A stretch of 64,000 nt of DNA from Planctomycetota bacterium. Its GTDB lineage: Bacteria; Planctomycetota; SZUA-567; H5-PLA8. A model generated the notes under the pieces. The model was not told the DNA's origin. It did not search any database and worked only from the letters and a program-made list of their open reading frames with translations. The stretch spans positions 41,930 to 105,929 of the forward strand of contig JBBRPR010000026.1 of NCBI GenBank assembly GCA_038227875.1, given 5' to 3'. Made by a program: the position numbers and the translations under genes. How positions within the stretch are numbered: the first letter of the stretch is position 1; every line of letters begins with the position of its first letter. Shown here one piece after another: positions 1 to 9,869 of this stretch.

Positions 1-1466
1 TTGGCGAGGAACGCGCGCGCAATCGCGATGCGCTGGCGCTGGCCGCCGGACAGTTTCACGCCGCGCTCGCCGACCATCGTGTCGTAGCCCTTGGGCAGCT
101 TCTCGATGAATTCGTGCGCGTTGGCGTCGCGGGCGGCGCGTTCGGCTTCTTCACGCGTGGCGCTGGGCCGGCCGAAACGGATGTTCTCCAAAATGGAATC
201 GTTGAAGAGGAAACTTTCTTGCAGCACCATGCCAATCTGGCGGCGCAGCGACGATTGCGTTACGGATTTTAAATCATGCCCGTCGATGCTGATCGAACCG
301 GATTGCGGATCGTAAAAACGCGGAATCAGATTCAGCAGGGTGCTCTTGCCCGCGCCGCTGGGGCCGGCCAGGCCCACGCGCGTTCCGGCCGGGACGCGCA
401 GGGAGAGGTCTTTAACGATGCCGTTGCGCGAGGCATAGTTGAACGAGACGTGATGGAAGACGACTTCGCCTTTCACCTTCGGCAGTTCGATCGCGTTGGG
501 CGCGTCGCTGAGTTCCGGCTTGGTGTCGAGCAGATCGAAGACACGGCCGCCCGCGGCGCTGGCGCGCTGTAGCATGTCGTTGATTCCCGCGATGGAATAC
601 ACGGGACCGTACAATTGCCACCAGTAGCCGCGGCACGCAACGAGAACGCCGACCGAAACTTCCTTGTTCATCACCAGGTACGCGCCGTAGCCGATGGAAA
701 TAAAGCTGCCGACGTGCGAGATGAATTGCACCGCCGGCATGAATTTCGTCCGCAGGGAGATACCGAGCAGATTCTGCATGAAGAACGCGCGGATCGTCTC
801 TTCGAATTTCGACGCCGCCTGTTCTTCGCGCGCAAAGGCCTTGACGCTCTGCACGCCCGTCAGATTTTCCTGCAGCTTGGAACTGACGTCGCCCAGCTTG
901 TCGCGCGCGGCGCGGTAGACGGGTTTCACCTTCTTGTTGTAACGGTACATCAGCGTGAAGGTGACGAACACCGGCGCGACCGTGGCGAGGCCCAGCTTCC
1001 AGTTGTAAAGGACCAGCACCACCGCGACGCCGATCATGCTCAGGATGTTGGAGAGAAAGCCGTCGATGCCGTTGATCACCACTTCCTGCAACGTATCGAT
1101 GTCGCCGATGACGCGGGAGATCAAGTCGCCCGTGCGCCGGTCATGAAAAAAGGAGAGGCTCTGCGATTGCAGATGCGCGTAAAGCGAGCGGCGCAGTTCG
1201 AGCACGAATTTCTGGCCGGTCCGTTCCAGCAGCCACGAGCGCAGTCCACCGCAGAAGGCATTGAGCACGCCGCAGCCGAGCATCGCGAGAATCAGCGGCC
1301 AGAAGAGATCCGTCTGCTTCTTGTCGAGCACCTGGTCGACCATCTTCTGCCAGAAGACGGGCTGCAGCAGCATTGCGCCGGTGCTCAGCAGCAGGCACAA
1401 CAGTCCCACCATCAGCGAGAGGCGATAGGGGCGCAGCAATTTCAAGACACGGTAGAGGACGGACAC
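1..1466 (-). CDS. ABC transporter, fused permease/ATP-binding (MsbA/exporter type); 3' end runs off the window
   Basis: Not in the ORF track. The reverse strand reads MSVLYRVLKLLRPYR from GTG at 1466, then TM segments, Walker A GPSGAGKS and signature VKLSGGQRQRIAIARAFLA at the window edge. Confidence 0.93.
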   Translation of the reverse strand, partial: MSVLYRVLKLLRPYRLSLMVGLLCLLLSTGAMLLQPVFWQKMVDQVLDKKQTDLFWPLILAMLGCGVLNAFCGGLRSWLLERTGQKFVLELRRSLYAHLQSQSLSFFHDRRTGDLISRVIGDIDTLQEVVINGIDGFLSNILSMIGVAVVLVLYNWKLGLATVAPVFVTFTLMYRYNKKVKPVYRAARDKLGDVSSKLQENLTGVQSVKAFAREEQAASKFEETIRAFFMQNLLGISLRTKFMPAVQFISHVGSFISIGYGAYLVMNKEVSVGVLVACRGYWWQLYGPVYSIAGINDMLQRASAAGGRVFDLLDTKPELSDAPNAIELPKVKGEVVFHHVSFNYASRNGIVKDLSLRVPAGTRVGLAGPSGAGKSTLLNLIPRFYDPQSGSISIDGHDLKSVTQSSLRRQIGMVLQESFLFNDSILENIRFGRPSATREEAERAARDANAHEFIEKLPKGYDTMVGERGVKLSGGQRQRIAIARAFLA

Positions 1467-1531
1467 GATTAAGGCGAAGCTCCTGGGACTGCAACGATAC
1501 TATATACCGAGGCGCTGATTTTTGTAGTTCC

Positions 1532-1555
1532 GTGGTCCGGGCAATCCTGCCCGGT
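1532..1555 (+). repeat. REP-like palindrome (variant of the GTAGTCCGGGCG family)
   Basis: GTGGTCCGGGCAATCCTGCCCGGT, with stem CCGGGCA/TGCCCGG. Confidence 0.5.
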
Positions 1556-1733
1556 CGCCGACGGACGCGCGCGACCCATTCAAGAGACGCGTTGCCGGTA
1601 GGAGTGATAGCTCACTTTCAAGATGGACCGGGTGGGACGCCAGGACCACGAATACGCACGTGAATTCGCGCGCGATTGCGGTCTAATGCTTGCCAGGAAT
1701 GTTTCACGAAATTCATCTGGAGCGCTCCACGCA

Positions 1734-2273
1734 ATGGCCTACTCCCTCTGCTGGCTTGCCGTTCACGGCAAGGTTACGGACATGATTCTCGATGAGCTGC
1801 AACTGCGCCGCACCGGCGAGCGTGAAAAGTCGGCGACGAAACTGGCCGGCGCGGAACTGCCGACAGGTTGGTACGTGGTCGTGAAGGATCAGGATGTCGA
1901 GCTGATGCGCGATCACCTGCTCAAAGAGATCTCGTTGCAGTGCGAATGCGTGGCGTGTTTTGTCGAAGACCGCTCGCACACGGCCAGCGCCGTCGGATGG
2001 AAGAACGGCCGCAAGGTCTGGTCGGCGCTCCATGACGGCCAGCAGGGCAAGGAACACCTGACGCTGCGCGGCGAATTTCCGGCGCTCTTTGGACCGATCC
2101 TGGAAGGCTTCAAAGCCAAACAGAAAGCCAGCGGCGGCGACTTTTACTTCGAAATTCCCATCGAGCTGGCGCGGGAAATCACCGGCTACCGCCACGACCT
2201 CCCGGTCGTCAGCAAGGAAAGTGAACCGTTCGAAATTCTGCAGTGGGTGCCGCCGCAGAAGGGTAAAAAGTAA
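1734..2273 (+). CDS. hypothetical protein
   Basis: ATG preceded by GGAG; MAYSLCWLAVHG...; GC3-rich codon usage. Confidence 0.7.
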   Translation: MAYSLCWLAVHGKVTDMILDELQLRRTGEREKSATKLAGAELPTGWYVVVKDQDVELMRDHLLKEISLQCECVACFVEDRSHTASAVGWKNGRKVWSALHDGQQGKEHLTLRGEFPALFGPILEGFKAKQKASGGDFYFEIPIELAREITGYRHDLPVVSKESEPFEILQWVPPQKGKK

Positions 2274-2276
2274 GGC

Positions 2277-3068
2277 TCAGTTGTCGGAGAGCCAGCAGCG
2301 CAGCCAGCGTTCGCAGGGCACCGTCCAGTTCTCGATCATTCCGGTGCCGTGTCCGCCCATCTGGTCGCGCACGTATTCGTATGGTACGCCGGCGACGCGA
2401 AGACTTTCGGCGTAGAGATCGGAATTGAGCGGCGGCACGCCGGTGTCTTCCGTGGAGTGAACGAGAAACGCCGGCGGAGATTCGGCGCTCACCTGCTTTT
2501 CGTTGCTGAACAACTCCACCAGCTCCGGCGTCGGATTGGGACCGAGCAGCCCCTGGCGCGAGCCGGCGTGGCCTTCGGGCCCGAAGGTGATCACGGGATA
2601 AATCAGGATCTGCCCGTTTGGCCGCGACGAGACGCGCTCGATCGGATCGGCCGACGCCGCATCCCCCGCGGTGAAGTGCGTGGCGGCGCTGCTGGCCAGA
2701 TGTCCACCGGCCGAGAAGCCCAGAATGCCGATGCGTTCGGGATCGATTTTGAGATCCGCCGCGTTTGCGCGGACCGTGCGGATGGCGCGTTGAACGTCGA
2801 GAATCTGCGCGGGGTAGTTGTACTTCGGAGCCAGCCGGTAGCGGAGCACGAACCCGGTGACACCGTTTTTCGCCAGCCATTCGGCGACGGGCGTGGCTTC
2901 GTGTGGCGCGAGGCGATGGTAGCCGCCGCCGGGACAGACGATCACGGCCGCGCCGGTGGATTCGGCGGTTGGCGAGATCAGTTGCAGCGCCGGACGATCT
3001 TCTTCGGCGTCACCTTTGGCGCCGGGCGCTCCGCCGGGCCACAGGTCTGTGTAAACGCGATCCACCAT
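2277..3068 (-). CDS. alpha/beta hydrolase (BD-FAE / acetylxylan esterase-like)
   Basis: CPGGGY, nucleophile GFSAGG, HSTED and GGHG motifs. Confidence 0.9.
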   Translation of the reverse strand: MVDRVYTDLWPGGAPGAKGDAEEDRPALQLISPTAESTGAAVIVCPGGGYHRLAPHEATPVAEWLAKNGVTGFVLRYRLAPKYNYPAQILDVQRAIRTVRANAADLKIDPERIGILGFSAGGHLASSAATHFTAGDAASADPIERVSSRPNGQILIYPVITFGPEGHAGSRQGLLGPNPTPELVELFSNEKQVSAESPPAFLVHSTEDTGVPPLNSDLYAESLRVAGVPYEYVRDQMGGHGTGMIENWTVPCERWLRCWLSDN

Positions 3069-3174
3069 TCACTGACTTCTCCGAAGCATTTCGCAAGGAT
3101 GAGGATATACTAATGCGGTCTTCACAGAAGACCAGAGTCTTGATTCGAAGTGCGCAAACCAGGAGATAACTTCC

Positions 3175-3390
3175 ATGTGCCGAATCGCCGGAATGATGCT
3201 CTTGTGCACGCTGGTGCTGGCCGGTTGCGGAAACAGCCAGGAAGTGAAGGACACCGTGACGGCGCCGGTCGATAACATTCAGAAAAATGTGGACTACCTT
3301 CAAGACACGCGCAAAGAACTGCGCGAGACGGCGGGCAAGAACGCGGATCAGACCAACAAGCAGATCGACGACATTCTGAAGAAGAAGTAA
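3175..3390 (+). CDS. small lipoprotein
   Basis: AGGAG RBS; hydrophobic signal ending in lipobox LAGC. Confidence 0.75.
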   Translation: MCRIAGMMLLCTLVLAGCGNSQEVKDTVTAPVDNIQKNVDYLQDTRKELRETAGKNADQTNKQIDDILKKK

Positions 3391-3413
3391 GGCGCGGCTT
3401 GATAATGTGGATA

Positions 3414-3562
3414 TCAAGGAGCAAGCGGCCGTTTGCTTGCTCCTTGCTCAGCGCCACGAATACTCCATTGAATACGCGTTCAGGTTTGAGACTATAAAAC
3501 CGCTTGCGCGAGAGTCGCGCGCATAACAGCAAGGAGCAAGCATACGGCCGCTTGCTCCTTGA
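3414..3562. repeat. inverted pair of 34-bp palindromic REP-like units
   Basis: TCAAGGAGCAAGCGGCCGTTTGCTTGCTCCTTGC at 3414-3447 and its reverse complement (1 mismatch) at 3529-3562. Confidence 0.85.
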
Positions 3563-3595
3563 CACACGACCAGCGTCGTTCCCAAGAGCTATCGA

Positions 3596-6040
3596 TTGAA
3601 GTCCAAACCCGCACAACCCGATCTTTTCGCCGCGCTCGAGCCGCCAGCGCCTCCGGTTGCGCCGGTTCCTGTTGCAAAATTGACGGGTCGCTTCGCGGAG
3701 ATCGCGGTCGAAGGGCCGGTGCGGGGGACGTTTACGTACCGGATTCCGGAACATTGGCCGACGCTGAGCCCCGGGGCGCGCGTGCTGGTGCCGTTTGGCA
3801 ATCGGACGCTGGCGGGATTCTTTCTCGGCGAGTTCACGCCCGACGACATTCTCCGCCAGAACATCAATCCGGAAAAGCTGAAAGCCGCCACCAAGGTGCT
3901 CGGCGGAGCCAGCGGCGTGCCGCTGCTCACGCCCAGTTTGCTCGCGCTGGCGCGCTGGATGGCGCGGCACTACGCCTGTCCGCTGGGCGCGACGTTAACG
4001 GCGATGTTACCCGCGGGCGTGAAGTCCGGCGCGGAGGGCGCGCGCATCCGGGTGGTCGTCGCGTTGAAGCCTGCTGCGGAATTGCTCGCCGAAGCGACCA
4101 CGCGCGCCAAGCGGCGCCCGGCTCAGTCGGCGGTGTTGAAGGCACTTGCGGCAGTGAGCGGTCCGCCGCTGGCCGCTTCGGAGTTGCTCGAGAAAGCGCA
4201 GGCTTCCGACGCGGCCTTGAAAGCGCTCGCGAAGGCCGGGTTCTTGAAAATCAGTGAAGTGCGGCCGGACGACGGCATCACCGACGACTCCGAACCGACA
4301 GAAGGCGAGTTGCACGATCTGTCGCTCAACGATGAGCAGCAGGCGGCGCTCAATCCCATTGAAGCGGCGCTAAGCGCCAACGTTTACGCAGGATTTTTGC
4401 TGCAGGGCGTGACGGGCAGCGGCAAGACGGAAGTTTATCTGCGCGCTCTGAAGACGGCGCTGGCGGCGGGCAAGCAGGGGATTGTGCTCGTCCCGGAAAT
4501 TGCCCTGACGCCGCAGACGGCGCGGCGGTTTCAGGCGCGGCTGGGGCACGAACGCGTGGCGATTCTGCACAGCCATGTCACCGGCGGCGAACGCGCCGAC
4601 GCGTGGCGCGCGATCCGCAACGGAGAAATCGATGTCGTCATCGGCGCGCGGTCGGCGCTCTTCGCGCCACTGCCGCGGCTGGGCATCATCGTCGTTGATG
4701 AGGAGCATGAGACGGCGTTCAAGCAGGAGAGCACGCCGCGCTATCACGCTCGCGATGTGGCTACGGAACTGGCGCGGATCACCAAGGCCGCGCTGATTCT
4801 CGGTTCGGCGACGCCGAGCCTCGAGTCGCTCCACGCCGCGCGATCCGGGGGGCTGCAGCACCTCCATTTGAATCACCGCGTCGCCAACCGGCCGCTGCCG
4901 CCGGTTGAGATTGTCGACCTGAACGTCGAGAACGTCGAAGCCAAGCGCTACACCTACCTATCGAGACGTCTGAACGCGGCGCTCGATCAGACGTTGAAGC
5001 GTGGCGAGCAGGCGATTCTTTTCATGAATCGCCGCGGCTTCGCGACGGTCGTGACGTGTTTGCGCTGCGGGTACACTGAGAAGTGCGAGCAGTGCGATAT
5101 CACGCTGACGACGCACCGCGGTTCGGAAAGCATCAAGCAGATGGCCGAGCACGCGCACGAGCGGAGCCTCGGTTTTCATGCGCGCTTGGAGAAGAAACCG
5201 GAACCGCCTGCGGAGACGTCGGAGTCGCTTAACTGCCATTACTGCAATTTCACCAAGCCCGTGCCGCTGGTATGCACGGGCTGCGGCGCGCCGGGGATCA
5301 AGTTCTGGGGGTTGGGTACGGAACGCGTGGAACTGGAGGTGAAGAAGGCGTTCCCGCATGCGCGCGTGGCACGCATGGATTCCGACACGATGGTCAAACG
5401 CACGGCCTACGCGGATGCGCTCACGGGTTTCCGGCAGGGGACGATCGATATTCTGGTGGGCACGCAGATGATTGCGAAGGGATTGGACTTTCCCAACGTG
5501 ACGCTTGTCGGCGTGGTGCTGGCCGATACGTCGCTGCACATGCCCGATTTCCGCAGCCGCGAGCGGACGTTTCAGTTGCTTGCGCAAGTCGCCGGGCGCG
5601 CGGGGCGGGGAGAGAAGGGCGGGATAGTAATCGTGCAGACGCACCTGCCGCAGGATCCGGCGGTACGCGCGGCGGCTCAGCACGATTTTGAAACCTTCGC
5701 GCTCGCGGAATTGAAAGAGCGCCGCGATTTCTCCTACCCGCCGTTCACCCGCATGGCGCGGGTGCTGATCCGTGGCAAAGATGCGGGGATTACAAAGACC
5801 GCGGCGGAGACCGCCGCCGCCGCGCTGCGCCAGCATGCGCTCAGCGATGGCACGCAGATTCTCGGGCCTTCGGAAGCGCCCATCGCGCGCATCGAAGGCT
5901 TCTTCCGCTGGCATATCGTGCTGAAAGCAAAATCGAGCGAGACGCTGGCGGAACTCTTCTCCGGCCCGACCGGCGATCAGCTTTCGAAACTCCGCGGCGC
6001 CGATGCAACGGTGGACATCGACCCGCTGTCGATGATGTAG
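3596..6040 (+). CDS. priA: primosomal protein N' (replication restart helicase)
   Basis: GVTGSGKTEVY, DEEH, SATPS, four CxxC pairs, GTQMIAKGLDFP, QVAGRAGR. Confidence 0.97.
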   Translation: MKSKPAQPDLFAALEPPAPPVAPVPVAKLTGRFAEIAVEGPVRGTFTYRIPEHWPTLSPGARVLVPFGNRTLAGFFLGEFTPDDILRQNINPEKLKAATKVLGGASGVPLLTPSLLALARWMARHYACPLGATLTAMLPAGVKSGAEGARIRVVVALKPAAELLAEATTRAKRRPAQSAVLKALAAVSGPPLAASELLEKAQASDAALKALAKAGFLKISEVRPDDGITDDSEPTEGELHDLSLNDEQQAALNPIEAALSANVYAGFLLQGVTGSGKTEVYLRALKTALAAGKQGIVLVPEIALTPQTARRFQARLGHERVAILHSHVTGGERADAWRAIRNGEIDVVIGARSALFAPLPRLGIIVVDEEHETAFKQESTPRYHARDVATELARITKAALILGSATPSLESLHAARSGGLQHLHLNHRVANRPLPPVEIVDLNVENVEAKRYTYLSRRLNAALDQTLKRGEQAILFMNRRGFATVVTCLRCGYTEKCEQCDITLTTHRGSESIKQMAEHAHERSLGFHARLEKKPEPPAETSESLNCHYCNFTKPVPLVCTGCGAPGIKFWGLGTERVELEVKKAFPHARVARMDSDTMVKRTAYADALTGFRQGTIDILVGTQMIAKGLDFPNVTLVGVVLADTSLHMPDFRSRERTFQLLAQVAGRAGRGEKGGIVIVQTHLPQDPAVRAAAQHDFETFALAELKERRDFSYPPFTRMARVLIRGKDAGITKTAAETAAAALRQHALSDGTQILGPSEAPIARIEGFFRWHIVLKAKSSETLAELFSGPTGDQLSKLRGADATVDIDPLSMM

Positions 6041-6154
6041 TGTCGCGTAATGGCTCTTGGGCCTGGCGGGAAGGCTGAGCTCCTTCCGCAACGTTACCCG
6101 GCTCGAATGAGCCGGGACGTTGTAGGTTATTCAATTGGGATGAATCATTTCGGC

Positions 6155-6391
6155 TCAGCTGAACGCGGCGTGATGCTGCTCGTGTTCCTGCTCCTGCAGT
6201 TCCTCATTCCGGATTTCCTGGACATCTTCGCCTGAAACAGATTCCGATCCGGATTGTTTGAGCGCTGGAATCGCGCCACAGCAGCAGCGCATCTGATCGG
6301 ATTCGAATTCGGAATACTCGCAACTGTGCGTGATCGTGAAACTCAGGCGGCAGGCCGGGCATTCGTAGATATCACCTTTTCGCGGCATCAT
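6155..6391 (-). CDS. small Cys-rich metal-binding protein (desulforedoxin-like pattern)
   Basis: AGGAG RBS; KGDIYECPAC...SC...RCCCG followed by an acidic Glu/Gln/His tail. Confidence 0.6.
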   Translation of the reverse strand: MMPRKGDIYECPACRLSFTITHSCEYSEFESDQMRCCCGAIPALKQSGSESVSGEDVQEIRNEELQEQEHEQHHAAFS

Positions 6392-6583
6392 GATTATTCT
6401 CCTTTGTTCGCGAGAGTTCTTTCCCTCGCACGCACATCATGGCTGCAAATTGAAGACCAGCGAATTGTTTGAACATCCGCAGGGCTGAGACGTCGAATAA
6501 TAGGAATTGTGAGACGGTTTTGAGTCGGTTGTCTTTGATATGCTGGTCGACTAACATAGAGGGCATTGGAGGCCCATGAATTT

Positions 6584-7549
6584 ATGAAAAGTATATATGG
6601 TCTGGCGGTCGTACTCGGCGCGGTGTGCGCGCTGCATGCCGCCGACGATCCCGATGCGGATTTCAATCTGCGGCTGGTGGACGCGGGTCGGAAGGTCATC
6701 TTCGATTACAAGCTTTTCCAGCGCTATAACGATGACAAGTTCAGCCCGGAAGCCCGGCTGAAGGAGATCAACGACCGCGTGACGGGGGATGACGTCACGC
6801 AGGACGAAATGGTCTCGCTGCGCCAGGAAAGCTGGTCGCTAAACGAAGCGGATTTCAATCTCAACACGGCGCGCAAACAGTTCCGCGACCGCCTCGCCAA
6901 GTCGATCACGGGCTACAAAGAGATCCGCGAGCAGTCGAAGGACAATCCGGCGATGAAGCTGCCGAAGGAAAGCGAGGCGGTGCTGATCAAAGCCGAACTG
7001 ATCTGCAAAAGCCCCGACAACCTGGCGCTCGACGTCACGCTGCCGTCGGATCTGATCAAGAAGACCAAGCCGAAGGAAACTCCCGCCCCCACGCCGAAAG
7101 CAGACGCGCCGAAAGTCGCCGGCGCGAACACGCCGCCGGGACCCGCGAAGACGGATGTGGTGCCGGCGGGCCAGTCATCCGGTAAGAAGGTCGATGGGGC
7201 AATGGTCGTCGCGCTGGGAAAATACAACACGATCCTGTTGGGCAAAGTTCATGGCGTATTGCAGCGCCGCGATGTTCCGGCCGGCGACGAACGCAAATGG
7301 ATGGTCGTGGTGGATGTGAAAGAACTGCTGCGCGGCAAGGCGATCCCGGGCAACTCCGTCTCGGTGTTCATCAACAGTCCCGCCGAGAGCTTTGCCACGT
7401 ACGAAACGGTCGACGACCTGCGCAACCGGCCATGCATTTACGCGCTGACGATTAAAGATGGAGTCGTCGGCGAAAGCGAAGCGCCGTTTCCGCAGCAGAA
7501 GTTCGACAAGGAAGATATCGATCGGCTGCGCGATGCTTTTAAAGAATGA
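6584..7549 (+). CDS. secreted hypothetical protein
   Basis: GGAGG RBS; signal peptide ending ALHA; central Pro/Lys linker. Confidence 0.8.
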   Translation: MKSIYGLAVVLGAVCALHAADDPDADFNLRLVDAGRKVIFDYKLFQRYNDDKFSPEARLKEINDRVTGDDVTQDEMVSLRQESWSLNEADFNLNTARKQFRDRLAKSITGYKEIREQSKDNPAMKLPKESEAVLIKAELICKSPDNLALDVTLPSDLIKKTKPKETPAPTPKADAPKVAGANTPPGPAKTDVVPAGQSSGKKVDGAMVVALGKYNTILLGKVHGVLQRRDVPAGDERKWMVVVDVKELLRGKAIPGNSVSVFINSPAESFATYETVDDLRNRPCIYALTIKDGVVGESEAPFPQQKFDKEDIDRLRDAFKE

Positions 7550-7600
7550 AGTCCGCCAGGCGTTTTAATCCTATTTATTGCCTGCATTGGAGCACCCCTG

Positions 7601-8560
7601 ATGAGAACCAGAATCAGTGCCTTGGTTTTTGTGTCTGTATGCTCAACTCTCCAGCTCAATGCATCCGAAAAGGTTGTTAGAACCATGGATTCGTATGACA
7701 TGGACTTCATCGATAGATATTTGAAGACATTTGATGAAGTCCAGAATCATAACAGTGAAAATCAAGTTTATTTGACCACTGCGAAAAGCAGTTTCGAACG
7801 CCAAATGGGGCTCGCTTTGAGCAAGAAAGACAAGCGCGCACCTGGCCGGTTGACGTACTTGGCCATGTTGAATGGTGGACCCCTGAAAGCCGAAGACAAA
7901 ATCGGATTAGGGCTCTCGGCACTTGCCGGAAACGATTTGAAAGCCACGTCCATGGGGGCAAAAAAAGTCTATCGTCCATCGGATATCTATATCTGGTTTA
8001 CCGCAAACAGTGAGAAATATGACGCGTGTCCTCAATTAGATGATTGGCTGAAAAGTCAAAGCGGAAAAGCAATGTTGACTGTACTGAACCGCCTCAAAAA
8101 ACTGGCGGAGGATAAAGCAGGACCCAACGCCAGCGATGCGCGCATGGCGTTTATCGATGAATACTTGAAAACGTGGGATGACTTTGCACAGGGCGCGAAC
8201 GAAAAGGCTGCGCTAATTCGAGAAGAACGGGATTCGTTCGAGTGTGAATTGGCTGAAGCCTTGACCCAGAAGGACAAGCGCGCGCCTGCGCGGTTGGTTT
8301 TTTCATCAGTGGTAACTGTAGGGATGCCGGTTGAGTTGGAGGGGGCATTGGGGGCGGCTTTTAAGGAACTCGTTGGGGAAGCAGTTCCCAAGACAACTTT
8401 TGAAGGTCGCGACTGCTATTTTTCAGCGGATCTTTATTTTTGGTGGCAGGAAAATAAAGCCAAGTACGAAGCTTCGCCGCTCTTTGACGAGTGGTCGAAG
8501 CGTGAGTTCGCTCAGAAATCCGTGATCCCGATGTTCGAAAAATTGCGGACCAAAAAGTAG
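7601..8560 (+). CDS. secreted hypothetical protein with a tandem-duplicated domain; lower GC than its flanks
   Basis: GGAG RBS; signal peptide; two copies of FIDxYLKT...KDKRAPxRL...DxYxW...KYxAxPxxDxW. Confidence 0.8.
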   Translation: MRTRISALVFVSVCSTLQLNASEKVVRTMDSYDMDFIDRYLKTFDEVQNHNSENQVYLTTAKSSFERQMGLALSKKDKRAPGRLTYLAMLNGGPLKAEDKIGLGLSALAGNDLKATSMGAKKVYRPSDIYIWFTANSEKYDACPQLDDWLKSQSGKAMLTVLNRLKKLAEDKAGPNASDARMAFIDEYLKTWDDFAQGANEKAALIREERDSFECELAEALTQKDKRAPARLVFSSVVTVGMPVELEGALGAAFKELVGEAVPKTTFEGRDCYFSADLYFWWQENKAKYEASPLFDEWSKREFAQKSVIPMFEKLRTKK

Positions 8561-8757
8561 AGAACAGTTGGCTCACATCGCCTACCGGACCTTCCGGAAA
8601 TTTTTCCTCAAGGTGTTCAGGGACAACTCTACCATTAGTGGTTCAGGCCAATTGGCCTTAAGGTCCCCCGGCAGTGGTCAAAAGCCAGCATGGGGACCGT
8701 GGTCTCCATGCTGACTTCCGCTCGTCCGCGTACGCTTTTGGATTCGCCGCGCGCGAA

Positions 8758-8793
8758 CGAAAAAACCCAAGGCTTGCGCCTTGGGTTTTTTCG
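8758..8793. terminator. bidirectional intrinsic terminator downstream of tal
   Basis: CGAAAAAACCCAAGGC-TTGC-GCCTTGGGTTTTTTCG. Confidence 0.85.
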
Positions 8794-8813
8794 TGCGAAC
8801 AGTTCGCGGTGAT

Positions 8814-9539
8814 TTACAGCTTGAAACCAGCCGCCGTGGAGTCCTTCAAGAACGTCTTGACGGTGTCCAGGGACAGGTCGTACAGGTCCTTGCCGACCCC
8901 GCCGAGCTTCTTGAAGATGTCGTGGGGGACGGTGATGATCTTGCAGCCGACTTCGTCAGCCTGGAAAATGTTGTGCAGCTCGCGCGTGCTGGCCCAGAGC
9001 AGTTCGCCCTTTTCGACCTTCTTGCAAAGACCCGCGCATTCCTTCATCAACGGAATCGGATCGCGGCCCGTGTCGGCAACGCGGCCGGCGAAGACGGAGA
9101 TGATGCTCGGCGCGCCACCCTTCAGCGCTTCGGTCACTTCGTTGCACTGTTCGATCGTGGTGATCGCGGTGACGTTCAGGTTCACGCCGGACTGGGTCAG
9201 CTTCTTGACCAGGTCCTTGGTCTTCGTGCCCTTGGTGTTGATGACCGGAATCTTGACGTAGACATTCGGGCCCCAGGTCTTGATCAGCGCGGCCTGGCGT
9301 TCCATTTCAGGGAGTTCGTCGGAGAAGACTTCGAAGGAGATGCTGCGGTCCTTGATGACCGTGAGGATATCCTTGGCGAACGCCATGTAATCGTGGATGC
9401 CGGCCTTGGCCATCAACGTGGGGTTCGTGGTGAAGCCCTTCACCCACTCATTTTTGTAAAGGTTGAGCATACCTTCTTTGTCTGCGCCGTCGGCGTAGAT
9501 CTTGACCTTGAGGTCCTTCAGTGAAGGGGCGTTCGACAT
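8814..9539 (-). CDS. tal: transaldolase (short Tal/Fsa type)
   Basis: IYADGAD, GFTTNPTLM, Schiff-base lysine in VYVKIPV, SVFAGR; AAGGAG RBS. Confidence 0.92.
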   Translation of the reverse strand: MSNAPSLKDLKVKIYADGADKEGMLNLYKNEWVKGFTTNPTLMAKAGIHDYMAFAKDILTVIKDRSISFEVFSDELPEMERQAALIKTWGPNVYVKIPVINTKGTKTKDLVKKLTQSGVNLNVTAITTIEQCNEVTEALKGGAPSIISVFAGRVADTGRDPIPLMKECAGLCKKVEKGELLWASTRELHNIFQADEVGCKIITVPHDIFKKLGGVGKDLYDLSLDTVKTFLKDSTAAGFKL

Positions 9540-9775
9540 CGGAAAAGTCTCCTTAGCAGGGGGTTTCTGTTCGTTAAGTGTGGAACACCCTAAACCGCTA
9601 CGCACGTAAATCAACGGTAAATTCTAGGCACATTATTAAGTGCGCCAAGTGACGTGCAGCAAGGTGTTTGGCCGAAAATTCGGCCTAAAAATGGTATCCG
9701 CGAACAATTCGGAACGCATGTAGCAGTTCTGAAGTTTCCGTGAATGCGAAGTATTCCCAGAAAATGGAAGGGCAA

Positions 9776-9869
9776 CTCTTGGCTCTTCTTGGCTCTTGGT
9801 TCCTGTCGGTTAGTCGGACGGACTTTGACTAACCGACATGTTCCAAGAAAGAGCTAAGAGCCAAGAGCC
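9776..9869. repeat. inverted heptamer tandem repeats (GGCTCTT/AAGAGCC) around a 12-bp hairpin
   Basis: CTCTTGGCTCTT...TGTCGGTTAGTC-N11-GACTAACCGACA...AAGAGCTAAGAGCCAAGAGCC. Confidence 0.8.

Noticed and set aside
9540..9775. Riboswitch in the tal/spermidine-synthase spacer, also looked for at 27962-28283 and 33316-33582
   Set aside because: No recognisable aptamer consensus by eye; these look like divergent promoter regions.
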